Of a stretch of 64,000 bases of DNA, positions 1-11,000 are shown one piece after another. This DNA comes from an uncultured Ignavibacteria bacterium (GTDB taxonomy: Bacteria > Zixibacteria > MSB-5A5 > WJJR01 > JAJRUJ01), in assembly GCA_964461835.1 (NCBI GenBank), contig CAYWVO010000012.1:2478-66477 (forward strand), written 5' to 3'. A program made the position numbers and the translations under genes. Within the stretch, counting starts at the first letter, position 1, and every line of letters begins with the position of its first letter. The notes beneath the pieces are model-generated. The model was given only the letters and a program-made list of their open reading frames with translations. It did no database searches and was not told the origin of the DNA.

Positions 1-512
1 CGGATCCCCTACAGGAGGGGAAAGTAATGTCGCAGAATATCCTGGAAGAGGTACGATTTGCCTCACGCGAGGCAATTTCACCCCTCGAGCGTCTGGAAAC
101 CGCAGTTCATCCATGGTCGGCTTTTGCCATCATGCCGATCTTTGCTCTGGTAAATGCCGGAATCCCGTTCTCATTGACATCGATCACCAATCCTGCGGCC
201 TTAGCAGTGATGTCCGGTTTAGTCATTGGCAAACCCTTAGGAATTGCGCTCGCGCTCTTTCTTTTGGTAAAGTCCGGTATTGCCCATCTGCCTGAACGTG
301 TCACCTGGAAAATGATTATTGGCGCCGGTTGTTTGGCGGGCATCGGATTCACGATGTCGTTATTTGTTGCCTCACTTAGCCTTACTGGAGAATTACTGAT
401 TGACGCAAAATCCGGAATTTTGGTGGGCTCAGCAATAAGTGCGATTTTGGGGATGCTAATATTACGACTCTCGACGAACACTTCGGCGGGTGAAGTGCGT
501 GCCGCGCACTAG
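1..512 (+). CDS. nhaA: Na+/H+ antiporter NhaA, C-terminal portion; the 5' end lies outside the window and the reading frame stays open back to position 3
   Basis: Hydrophobic TM-rich product with ...[26 protein letters not shown]..., matching the conserved 'LHPW...LPLFAFANAGV' region in the C-terminal third of NhaA. The in-frame upstream residues DPLQEGKV resemble the preceding 'PLKEKHG' segment, so the AGGAGG/ATG at position 27 is probably not the true start. Confidence 0.7.
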   Translation, partial: DPLQEGKVMSQNILEEVRFASREAISPLERLETAVHPWSAFAIMPIFALVNAGIPFSLTSITNPAALAVMSGLVIGKPLGIALALFLLVKSGIAHLPERVTWKMIIGAGCLAGIGFTMSLFVASLSLTGELLIDAKSGILVGSAISAILGMLILRLSTNTSAGEVRAAH

Positions 513-2353
513 CCGATTGACCGTGTCCCGCCCAACGTCCGATCCAAGTTGAAGGCAGCACTGATCAGGGAGAGATGGGTAAAGGCTTGCGGGAAATTCC
601 CCAGTGCTTCTCCCCGCGGGCCGGTCTCCTCGGCATAGAGACCTAGATGGTTGGCATAGCCCAGCATCTTCTCAAACATCAAACGGGCCTGCTCCAGCCG
701 CTCCGGCCGGACTCGTCCGGCCCGCGTCAGGGCCTCAACTAGCCAGAAGGTGCAGATATTAAAGGTCCCCTCCTCCCCACTCAAACCATCATCTGACAAT
801 TCCACATTGTATCGATATACCAGGCTATTTGAAACCAAGCCGCCCCGCTTCGGTGATTGCATGGTGGCGTCGATCGTACTCAGCATGCGCGGATCGGTGG
901 GGGAGACAAAAAAGACCAGCGGCATAATCAGGTTGGCCGCATCGAGGGCATCGACGTCATAGGCCTGCACGAACGCACCTCGTTGCTCATTCCAGCCTTT
1001 CGCCATGATTTCGTTATAGATCATGTCGCGGTTTTTGAGCCAGTACTCATGATTGGCGGGGAATGAGCGTTTGCGGGCCAATCGCAAGCCACGGTCTAAC
1101 GCCACCCAGGCCATCAACTTCGAATACACAAAATGTCTGCGACCGCCCCGAACTTCCCAAATACCCTCGTCTTCCTTTTCCCAGTGACGGCAAATCCAGT
1201 CGAGCAAGCGATAGGCCTGCCGCCAAAGATCATGCGAAATTTTGCTGCCGTACTTGTTGTATAAATAAATACCATCGAGCAGTTCACCGTAGATATCGAG
1301 CTGCAATTGATCATAGGCGCCATTGCCGATACGCACCGGACGAGAACCGCGATACCCCTCCAGATGGTCGAGTGTCTCTTCGGTCAACTCATGCCGCCCA
1401 TCGATGCCGTACATGATATTCAACGAGCCGTCCGGCTCCAGCTCCTGGACGCGTTTTTCAATCCAACCCATAAACGCTGCCGCTTCTTCGGTAAAACCAA
1501 TCCGCATGAGGGCGTAAATAGTAAAGGCAGCGTCGCGGATCCAGGTATAGCGATAGTCCCAGTTGCGTTCGCCGCCGATCGTCTCAGGCAGGCTGGTGGT
1601 GGGCGCGGCGACGATTGCGCCGGTCGGTTTATAGGTCAACAATTTAAGAACCAAGGCGGAACGGTAGACCGTTTCCTGCCAGCGGCCGGCATACGTACAC
1701 CGGGATAACCAGTTGCGCCAATAGTGGATGGTGCGTTGGAAATGCTCCTCCGATTCACCTTCGGACAATCGCCGGCCCTGTCCCTCTCCCTCGTGGATCT
1801 CATGCAGAATAAAGCTCACTGATTCGTTTTCGTTCAGAACGAATTCACTGGTGACACCGTTATCCTGCCGTTGGAGCTTGACTGCGGTTTCCAATCCGAT
1901 CCCGAAATTGGCGCTGCGGAAAAAAACTCCGTCTTCGGTGAGGGTGGTCTGATGTTCATCCCGCGCATAATTAAAGGCCGGAGTGCATTCCATACGCAAT
2001 TTCATCTGGCCCCGCACCATTTCTACACGGCGGATAATCTGGTGGTGTCCATGCCCGCCTTTGGGCGAGTGAATTGGCATGTAGTCGGTCAGTTCGGCGA
2101 CGCCTTCCTCCGTCAGGAAGCGGGTCAGCAGCACATTGGTATCGGGCCAGTAGGTCTGCCGGCAGGTGACATCATCGTGGAAAGGGAAAATCTTGAAGCG
2201 ACCGCCTTTGTTATCGTCGAGAATTGCCGCAAAAACACTCGGCGAATCGAAATGCGGAAAGCAAAGCCAGTCGATGGAACCGTTCATGCCGACCAGCGCG
2301 ATGGTGTGCATGTCACCGATGATACCATAGTTCTCTATTGGTTGGTAGGTCAC
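509..2353 (-). CDS. glycoside hydrolase family 15 protein (glucoamylase/trehalase/glucodextranase-like)
   Basis: 614-aa ORF. The N-terminus [46 protein letters not shown] is the typical GH15 N-terminal beta-sandwich signature, followed by an (alpha/alpha)6 catalytic region. Confidence 0.8.
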   Translation of the reverse strand: MTYQPIENYGIIGDMHTIALVGMNGSIDWLCFPHFDSPSVFAAILDDNKGGRFKIFPFHDDVTCRQTYWPDTNVLLTRFLTEEGVAELTDYMPIHSPKGGHGHHQIIRRVEMVRGQMKLRMECTPAFNYARDEHQTTLTEDGVFFRSANFGIGLETAVKLQRQDNGVTSEFVLNENESVSFILHEIHEGEGQGRRLSEGESEEHFQRTIHYWRNWLSRCTYAGRWQETVYRSALVLKLLTYKPTGAIVAAPTTSLPETIGGERNWDYRYTWIRDAAFTIYALMRIGFTEEAAAFMGWIEKRVQELEPDGSLNIMYGIDGRHELTEETLDHLEGYRGSRPVRIGNGAYDQLQLDIYGELLDGIYLYNKYGSKISHDLWRQAYRLLDWICRHWEKEDEGIWEVRGGRRHFVYSKLMAWVALDRGLRLARKRSFPANHEYWLKNRDMIYNEIMAKGWNEQRGAFVQAYDVDALDAANLIMPLVFFVSPTDPRMLSTIDATMQSPKRGGLVSNSLVYRYNVELSDDGLSGEEGTFNICTFWLVEALTRAGRVRPERLEQARLMFEKMLGYANHLGLYAEETGPRGEALGNFPQAFTHLSLISAAFNLDRTLGGTRSIG

Positions 2354-2386
2354 CCTTTCCTCCTGAATGACTTGATTGATGCACTG

Positions 2387-3247
2387 TTACCCGCCGACCG
2401 CAAAACCGGGATAGAGCGTCATCCCGCCGTCGATCACAATACTGATGCCGTTGATATAATCGGCTTCGTCCGAGGCCAGCCAGGCGGCGGCCCGGCCAAT
2501 ATCGTTCACTTCACCAATACGGTTATAAGGAATTAGCTCCATGAGCTTATTGTATGCCTCCTCGCTCTCCCAGGCATCGCGATTGATCGCCGTGCGCACC
2601 GCCCCCGGTGCAATGCTGTTCACTCTGATCCGGTAGGGTGCGACCTCCTGCGCGATACTCTGCATCATCAGCATCACGCCCCCCTTGGAGGCTGCGTAAT
2701 TCACGTGTCCGGCCCAGGGAATGATTTCATGTACCGAACTGATGCAGATGATCTTACCGGCAGCACAGGAAACTTCTTTGACCACGCCGCGACGCTTAAA
2801 TTCTTTAACCGCTTCCCGGGCACAGAGAAATTGGCCCGTGAGGTTAACATCGATTACTTTCTGCCATTGTTTCAGGGTGAGTTCTTCAAGTGGTGCGTCC
2901 TGCTGAATACCGGCGTTGTTGACCAAGATATCGATCGTACCGAACTCGTTCATGATGTGGTCAAACATATCCAGTACCTGGTCTTCCTCGGATACATCTG
3001 CCTGATAGATGAGCGCTTTGGCACCGCAAGAACTGACTTCCTCGGCCACGCGCGTCGCTTTATCTTCATCAGACAGATAATTGACCATCACGTCAGCGCC
3101 GGCTTTCCCCAGTTCAATGGCGATTCCTTCGCCGATACCTGAGCTGCCGCCGGTGACCAGCGCTTTTTGCCCCTTTAATCGTTCAACCGGCGGGCAGTCC
3201 GGTGGTACGACTTCGGGCAGTTGCGATGTATGTTGATGAGGACTCAT
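2387..3247 (-). CDS. SDR-family oxidoreductase, glucose 1-dehydrogenase-like
   Basis: LKGQKALVTGGSSGIGEGIAIELGKAGADVMVNY Rossmann TGxxxGIG motif, NNAG, catalytic S...YxxxK (YAASK). The true start is probably downstream of the annotated one (long N-extension). A 33-nt gap to the GH15 gene suggests co-transcription. Confidence 0.7.
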   Translation of the reverse strand: MSPHQHTSQLPEVVPPDCPPVERLKGQKALVTGGSSGIGEGIAIELGKAGADVMVNYLSDEDKATRVAEEVSSCGAKALIYQADVSEEDQVLDMFDHIMNEFGTIDILVNNAGIQQDAPLEELTLKQWQKVIDVNLTGQFLCAREAVKEFKRRGVVKEVSCAAGKIICISSVHEIIPWAGHVNYAASKGGVMLMMQSIAQEVAPYRIRVNSIAPGAVRTAINRDAWESEEAYNKLMELIPYNRIGEVNDIGRAAAWLASDEADYINGISIVIDGGMTLYPGFAVGG

Positions 3248-3433
3248 CGATTATCCCTTCCCTGACAACAATGATAGTACACCGTTTAGGTTTTCTACGC
3301 ATTTGCACACGGCAATCTTAGGAGTTGTTCAGAACGAAATCAAAGATTCCGTCTTTCGTGTACCAACACGAAACAGTCTGCTCCCGTGTAACCGGTACGG
3401 GTCTGCACAAGCCAATCTGATCGCCGGAAGTGA

Positions 3434-3829
3434 GAAGGGCGACTCGATGACGAAATCACGGAGCAAGAACTCGAAGCGGTTCATATACAGCCGGGCGAAC
3501 GAATTCTCCTTAAAACACGAAACTCTGAAAGCGAGTGGAGCCAGGACGATTTCCGAGAGGATTTTGTATACATTGCCGACAATGCTGCGGAGTTTCTCAG
3601 TGACTGCCGCGTCCGGACCATCGGGATCGATTATTTGTCGGTAGGCGGATATCACGCCGACGGGGATAAAGTTCACCGCACATTGTTGAGCGCAGGCGTT
3701 GTTATCATTGAGGGACTGAACTTATCCGGAATCAGCGCCGGTGAGTATGAATTGATTTGTTTGCCTCTGCGATTGGCCGGAGCCGACGGTGCACCTGCAC
3801 GCGCTGTGATCAGATCACAATCGCAGTAA
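3434..3829 (+). pseudogene. cyclase-family (kynurenine-formamidase-like) protein, C-terminal ~130 aa only; N-terminal catalytic part is absent or degenerate
   Basis: Manual translation of frame 2 from the TGA at 3431: ...GERILLKT...DFVYIADNAAEFLSDCRVRTIGIDYLSVGGYHADGDKVHRTLLSAGVVIIEGLNLSGISAGEYELICLPLRLAGADGAPARAVI. This matches the cyclase-family C-terminal half. No frame in the upstream 185 nt (back to the SDR gene) shows the HxGTHxDAPxH part. Confidence 0.5.
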
Positions 3830-3847
3830 CCATTATGGGAGGAAAGC

Positions 3848-4830
3848 ATGGCGCAGGACGCATTACGAGAAATAGGAATTGTGGGTCTGGGGAAAATGGG
3901 CGGGAATCTGGCTTTACAGGCGCTGGAAAAGGACATCAAGGTCGTCGGCGCAGACAAGAAAGAGCCGCCAAATGAACTAAAGGAAGCGGGCTTGATTTTC
4001 GCCAGCAAATTTACAGGATTCCAGGAACACCTGAGGCCTCCGCGGGCGATTTTCCTCTACATCCCCGCCGGTCCGGTGGTGGACAGCGTCATGGTCCAAT
4101 TGGCCGAAAGACTCGAACCGGGTGATATCATTATCGACGGGGGCAATTCCTACTGGGGTGATTCAATCCGTCGGCATCAACGACTACAAAAAAACGGGCT
4201 GCACTTTCTCGACCTGGGTACCAGCGGGGGTGTGGAAGGGGCACGGCACGGCACGGCGCGTGCTTTATGATCGGTGGCGAACGAGATGCCGTGCAACGGG
4301 TCGAACCAATTCTGATCGATTTGGCAGTCGAGCGTGGCTACGTCCATGCCGGACCGCCGGGAGCCGGCCACTTTGTCAAATTAGTTCATAATGGTATCGA
4401 ATTCGGCATGTTGCAGGCCATCGGGGAAGGCATGGATTTGCTCCACCACTATCACGACAAGCTGAAGATTGAAAATGTCCTCCATTGCTGGAATCACGGC
4501 TCAGTCATCCGTTCCTGGCTCGTGCAATTAATGGAACAGGCGTATCGTGCGGAAAAAGGCATCGATCAGATACCCGCCTTCGTTGAGGATACCGGTGAGG
4601 TGAACTGGCTGGTTAATGACGCACTGCGCCTGGAAGTGTCAGTACCCGTCATAGCGCAATCGGTCATGCAATTGATCGCCTCGCGCGACGAAACCCAAAA
4701 CTGGGCGCGCGCCATCGCCATGACGCGACACGGTTTCGGCGGACACCCGTACGGCGCAGATGAGGCGATCCGTCGAGAACGACAACACGGGCGGGTCGGT
4801 GGCTTCTATCACCAATCAGACAACGACTGA
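3848..4830 (+). pseudogene. 6-phosphogluconate dehydrogenase-like (NAD(P)-binding, Gnd/YqeC-type) gene split by a frameshift at ~4241-4255
   Basis: ORF 3848-4270: IGIVGLGKMGGNLA...DGGNSYWGDSIRR...LDLGTSGGVEGARHG. ORF 4267-4830: MIGGERDAVQRVEPIL...GAGHFVKLVHNGIEFGMLQAIGEGM. Reading through in the second ORF's frame (frame 1) gives the expected ...HGACFMIGGE. The sequence gcacg-gcacg-gcacg at 4241-4255 has one 5-nt unit too many for an intact frame. Confidence 0.65.
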
Positions 4831-4891
4831 TAGCGACTCTCTGTTTCAGTCATCCGCAACGCTTTACTGTGTCCAGCTCTTGGCCCTTGCC

Positions 4892-4920
4892 AAAAAGGGC
4901 ATATTCTTATACATTAATAT
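4892..4920 (+). promoter_or_regulatory. possible sigma70-type promoter upstream of the giant peptidase gene (TTGCCA-17 nt-TACATT)
   Basis: TTGCCA aaaagggcatattctta TACATT read directly in the 240-nt intergenic region ahead of the ATG at 5074. Consensus-like spacing. Promoter consensus may differ in this lineage. Confidence 0.25.
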
Positions 4921-5073
4921 GGGTTTTTCAGTTACCACAGCCTGTCCCGGGGAGGAGTTACGGGATGTGATCTCTGGCGCGGGAGGCAGTGCCATATCCT
5001 TCAGAGAATGTGAACAAATTCGCAATATTTATCGACATGGTCATGACAATGGCTGCATGGATTTCGGGGGTTT

Positions 5074-8000
5074 TTGATGCGTAAGCGAGTCGGATTGTGG
5101 GTGTGTATATGGTCATTCGTTTTGGGAGCGGCAACCGTTACGGCCGGCGAATTAACGCTACCGTTGTCATTTACAGCGGATGATCTCATTTTCAAAGGCA
5201 GTGGCGAGTACGACCAGGTCTATTTACGCGATGGCGGCCTCACGGACCGGGTCGGTTGGCCTCAGATACCCTACACGACGGTGCATTTGGCCCTGCCTCC
5301 GGGAGGTCAGATCGACTCCGTGACTGTCGACACGCCCTCCCCGTTCCGTTTGCCGGGCGAGTTTTCTCTGTTTCCTTGTCAACCACCGCAAGTGTTGTCC
5401 AAGGACCCGACTACCATCACGTTTCGGCAACCGGATCCGGTCGCCTATCGCTCCGCTGAGGAGTACCCGGCTCAGTTTGCGCAACCTGCCGGTGGGGGTG
5501 GATATGCGGGGTATCAACTGGGAGCGGTCAAGGTGTATCCCGTGCATTATATCGCCGCCGACAGCGCGATCCTCCTCTACCAATCCCTGGATGTGCACGT
5601 GCATTACACGCTCGGCGATCAAACTCCCATAGCTGCCAAATCGGTTCCGAAAAAGTTCGTGTCGCCACTGCACACGGTCGTGCAGTCGCTTGTGCATAAT
5701 CCCGATCAGGCGACAACCGAACCGGCAGCTCCTTCGTTTCGGAAGACGACCCTCGACCCCAAAGACGTGGAATATCTTATTGTCACAACAGAGTATCTGG
5801 AAAGCGCACTCCAACCGCTGGCCGACTGGAAAACCGCCAAGGGTGTGCCGGCGGAAATTGTAACTCTCGAATGGGTTTATGCCAATTACGCTGGCGCCGA
5901 CGCAGCGGACATCCTGCGCAACTTTCTCAAAGACGCCTACCAGGAGTGGGGGGTGCGTTGGCTCCTCCTGGGCGGTGATACGTACTATGTCCCTCACCGG
6001 ACGGCCTGGGCGATGGATGTTGAGTATGGCGGGTCCTATGACGAAAATGAATTACCCACCGATTGGTACTTTGCCGATCTCGACGGCACCTGGGATGCCA
6101 ATCAGAATGGCATCTATGGGGAAGTCGGCGACAATGTAGATTTATACCCGGAATTGATTATCGGGCGGGCGCCCTGTGACTCCCGTTACGAGATGAATAA
6201 CTGGGTCGCAAAGGTGCTGCAATATGAACAGAATCCGCCAACCGATTACCAGTTGAATATGGCCTTTTATGCCGAGGTTCTCTGGGGAAATCCGTATACC
6301 GACGGCGGAATTGCCAAAAACTATATTGAAGACCTGTACATCCCTGATCGCTTCGCCCCAATAGAAAAACTATACCAATCGCTCGGCAATGAGACACAAA
6401 GCGCGGTGATCCAATCTCTTAACAATGGTCAGAACATCGTAAACCATAACGGTCACTGCTGGATCGATTATATGAGCACCGGCTCCGGCGGTCTAGTAGG
6501 CTGGGATATGGACAACCTGTACAATGGCAGCCGCCAGACGGCATTTCTCTTTTCCATTGGCTGCTGGCCGGCGGCGTTCGATTACGATTGCGTAGCCGAA
6601 CATTTTGTCACCAATCCGAACGGCGGCGGTGTGGCTTTCATCGGCAACTCTCGCTACGGCTGGGGTTCGCCGGGGAACTCCGAGTACGGTTACTCCGACC
6701 GGCTTGACCAGCAGATGTTTAAGGCGCTGTTAGCGGATAGTATGCCGCAACTTGGCGCGGCGTTTACCAAAGCGCGATCGGTCTATGTCCCGCATGCCCG
6801 CCAGGAAAACGTCTATCGCTGGTGCATTTACGAATGCAACCTCCTCGGTGATCCGGAAATGCCGGTCTGGACCGACACGCCGCGGCAGATAGTTGTCGAC
6901 CACCCGGATAATATTCAATTCGGCAGCACGGAATACACGTTCACCGTTACGGACAATACAACGAAGCAACCGCTCGTTGATGCTCTCGTGTGCGTACAAC
7001 AGGGCAGCGATGTTTACGAGCGTGGTCTCACTGATGAACGCGGGCAAGTTCGACTGACTCTCGACCCGGCACCATCCGGTACTATGACTCTGACCGTCAC
7101 CAACCACAACTACCTTATGTACCAGACGTACCTTGATGTTGGCGGTAGCGGGACATCGCTTCATCTCACCGAAGTGACTATTGATGATGTGGCGGGTGGT
7201 AACGGGGACGGAGTCCCTTCTCCCGGGGAAGCGTGTGACCTGTATCTCAGTCTCCAAAACAGCGGCACCAATACGGCCCCCGGTGTGACCGGATCTATCT
7301 CACTGGCAGCCAATCCCTACGTTTCTCTGATCAGCTCAAGTCTAAGCTTCGGCGATATTGCCGCCGGCGCCACTGTGACCTCACAGACCCCTTGTCAGAT
7401 GACCATCGCAGCCGATTGCCCGCCGGGATACAACGTGAATTTCGACTGGGTGGTTACCGAGAGCGGAGGAACACCCCACGCCGGCTCAAGCACAATACAC
7501 ATTCAATCTTCGCTTGTGGCATATTATCGATATCACGTTGATGATGCTGCGGGCAACGGAAACGGTATTGCAGATCCCGGGGAAACGTTGACCGTACGGC
7601 TCTGGTTGAAAAACACCGGTTCAGTTACGGCAATGGGAGTCAGTGTACTTCCCAATACGGCAGATCCATACCTCAGCCTGCCCACCGATCCCCAACCGGT
7701 GGGAACACTCGCGCCCGACGAAATTGGCTATGCTGAGTTCACGACCTCAATTGATCCATCAACGCCAATCCCTCGGTTTCCGCTCATTGAGATGACCATC
7801 ACGAGTGACAACGGGTCCGATGATATTGATTCAGTTCTTTTCTCCATCGGCCCGCACGGGATTGGTGAAGATTTTGAATCTGGCTCCCCCGGTTGGACTC
7901 ATGGCGGCACGCGTGATTACTGGCACGAATGTTCACATCGAGTTCTAAATGGTACCACTGCCTGGTACAGTGGCATCGAGGATGACTGGTATTATCAGGG

Positions 8001-11000
8001 AAGTACCCGCAGTTGGCTGGAGTCCCCGGAAATTGTGGTTGGCCCCGACGCCCAACTGACTTTCTGGGATTGGTTCTCGGTGCCGAACTACGGCGTGGAT
8101 GGACTCCATGTCATTGTTACCGTGGCCGGCTCCAATAATCCGGACACCCTGGATTTTATCGGTACCGGCGGCGCCCTGGACTCCGCGCTGATTACCGGCA
8201 ACAGCTGGACAAAAGAAGAATATGACTTGTCGGGTTACGCACCAGGAACCAGGGTGAAAGCGCGGTTTGCCTTTTCATCCGACAATGACGCCGATGAAGA
8301 TGAGGGATTCTATATCGATGATGTCCGACTCGAAAGCACACCTGATTATGATTTGAACGTTAATCCGACCCGTATTCTGCAACGTGGCGGAGCCGCCGAG
8401 ACCGTAACCAGTCGAATCCATGTGCACAACACCGGCTTCTGGGAGGACACGTTTTCTCTTGAAGTCTTTGACAATTGGTTGCCGACGGCCATTTGGGATG
8501 CCTCCGGCAGCGCCGAGCTTACGGAAATTTCCTCAGTGGCACCCGGTGAAGTAGTCACCTTGCTCGTGCAGGTGAACATTCCGTCCGGTACGCCGGCAAT
8601 GATCGACAGTGCCCGCATACGTTTTACTTCAGAAAATGACCCGAGCCGTTCGGCCCAAGCGTGTGTGGTAACTACGTCAGAGGGTGGCGCAGCAAGTGCT
8701 CCCTGGCGGGAGTCATTTGCCGGAGGGCCCATCTCACCGCCACAATGGCCGATGTCTGAATGGGCGGAAATCAGCGACGGCGGCCTGTATGCGCCAACAC
8801 CCCCCGAGGTTGCGGAACTGGAACACATTGGCTACCTGCTCTCCCAGCGGATTGACCTGTCCCAATTAACTGATGGGCAACTCGCTTTCTGGTATCGCGG
8901 CATCAACACCGGTTGGGGCGGATGGTCTGGACCGTCGGATTTAAATACCCAGTACTTAAACGATGCTGGGCAATGGAAAGTACTAAGTTACATCTCTGGT
9001 TCCAGCGGAGAAAGCTCCGTTTACCGAGAAAAAATCCTGTCCCTGCCGAATGATGCCTTGCACGATGCATTTCGGGTGCGGTTTAACGCAACCGGTAACA
9101 TGTCCGGCAAATGGCTGCTGGATGATATCTATATCGGCCCGCGTCGGGATTACCATGTCACCTGCACCTTTGATTATATGCCGATTTATGGGGTATCCGG
9201 TGACCCCATTCCGCATGACTTGCAAATATTCAATCGGGGATCAGAGCCGGATAGTTATCTGCTGGAGACTGTCTCCGGTGTCTGGCCTATCCGTTTTCTG
9301 GACAACGGTCAGGAAATATCCGAAACTGACGTAATCGATCCGGCGCAATCGATCACGATCGAAGTGGAAGTGACCATTCCGGAAACTGCGCTGGTCAATG
9401 ATCTGGATACAACACTGGTGGCGATCACCTCTGTGGGCGATGCCGTAGAGTGTCGGCAGGCAGTATATCAAACATCGTGTCTGGGCGGAGTGGCGGATAT
9501 CCCCTGGTGTGATTCCATTGCTTCCTCGGTCCTCTCCGATGAAAAATGGCCGTTGCGTTCGGGCGTCCAAGTCGGTTCGGATCCCTATGCCCCGGCGGGA
9601 TCGTGGACCATGGTCGCGGGTGGTTCGGATACTGCCTACTCGCAGTTCATCGATTTGTCGGAGGTGGACGAAGCCATGCTGGATTTTTATGCGCGGGCCG
9701 GAGGCAGTTTTATCATGCCGGGTCCCGATGAGCGCATAACGATTGCTTACCGCGCTACCGATGGCTCCTGGCACGATTTGACAACGCTCAGCGGCGGTGG
9801 ACGATACCGTTCGCAGTTTGATCGACATTGCATGTCCTTGCCGGTCGACGCACTCGGCGATCGCTTCCAATTTCGCATCGGCTGTGATTGCGAGACACGC
9901 TGGTATTTCGATGATTTTAAAATCGTGTTAACACCGCATTGTGAGATTACCTCTGATGTCCTCGATTTTACGCTAAACCCGGGAACGGAGCAAACAGCAC
10001 AAATCTATCTGGATAACACGGGCTCTGGCACGCTGGAATATCGGATATCAGTCATTCCTGCGGCGGTGACCATGTCGGCCCTGCTGGCAAGAATGATCAA
10101 GGCGACCGATCACGATCCACTGTCCGCGGCTTTACGCACACCGGCTGAGACCTTCGCCTGCGATTGGGGGGGCCCGGGTGCTGGCGGGTATCTCTGGATT
10201 GACAGTGACGAACCATACGCCCCGGCATTCGAATTTGTCGACATTGCGGGCATCGGTGAACCGTTAGCCCGTCTCGATACCAAGTTTTATGATACTGCAC
10301 ACCTTGGATTCGAATTTCCCTACTATGGTGAGGTGTACACCGAGGTCCTGGTCAGCGCCTATGGCTATCTGCAGTTTGGTGACCAACCCCTGCTGTCATC
10401 CTGGATGGCACTGCCGATTCCCCACTCCATCTCACCCAACAACGTCTTGTTCTGGTGTTATGGTGACTATGAAACGTTGGGAGATGTCTATGCCTACTCA
10501 GATGACTCAACGGCGATACTTCAATTAAACGGATTTGGCCAGGAGGGCTCGTCATGGTATCAGGCAACAGCGCAGGTCGAATTGCGTGCGAATGGACGAA
10601 TCGCTTACCGCTTCCTGGAATTTGGCGACGGCTTTGTTACGAAGGAGTGTGGCGTTGGTATCGAGGGGCCGACCGGCAACGAAGGTCACGGGATCGTCTT
10701 TTACGTCAATCCGGTGCAAAACGACCCGCAATACCTCCGGGATAGTTTACAAATTATCTTCTACCCACCCCCGGATTGGATCTCACTCGACTACCCGGTG
10801 GGTACCGTGGCGCCGCAAACTCTGCGCTCGGTGTCGGTCGACTTTATCACCGATGAGCTCCCGCCGGGGGATTATGATGCAATCCTGCGTTTTGATTTGA
10901 ATGATCCCGATGCTGCCGCGAATCCCTGGTTCGTGAACTCCCGGGTAACCGTTCTGGACACATCGTCCTGCTATTGCCCGATGGGAGATCTGAATCTGGA

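Noticed and set aside
12-29. AGGAGG followed by ATG at position 27, suggesting an independent 161-aa gene
   Set aside because: The frame is open upstream to the window edge and the upstream residues (DPLQEGKV) still align with NhaA. This is more likely an internal Met of a 5'-truncated nhaA.
5224-10900. Many 60-260-aa ORFs on the opposite strand or in alternative frames inside the giant C25 gene (e.g. 5224-5997, 6730-7257, 9241-9870)
   Set aside because: They are fully embedded in a long ORF with clear protein-family signatures. High-GC DNA generates long spurious antisense ORFs, and none shows a recognisable motif.
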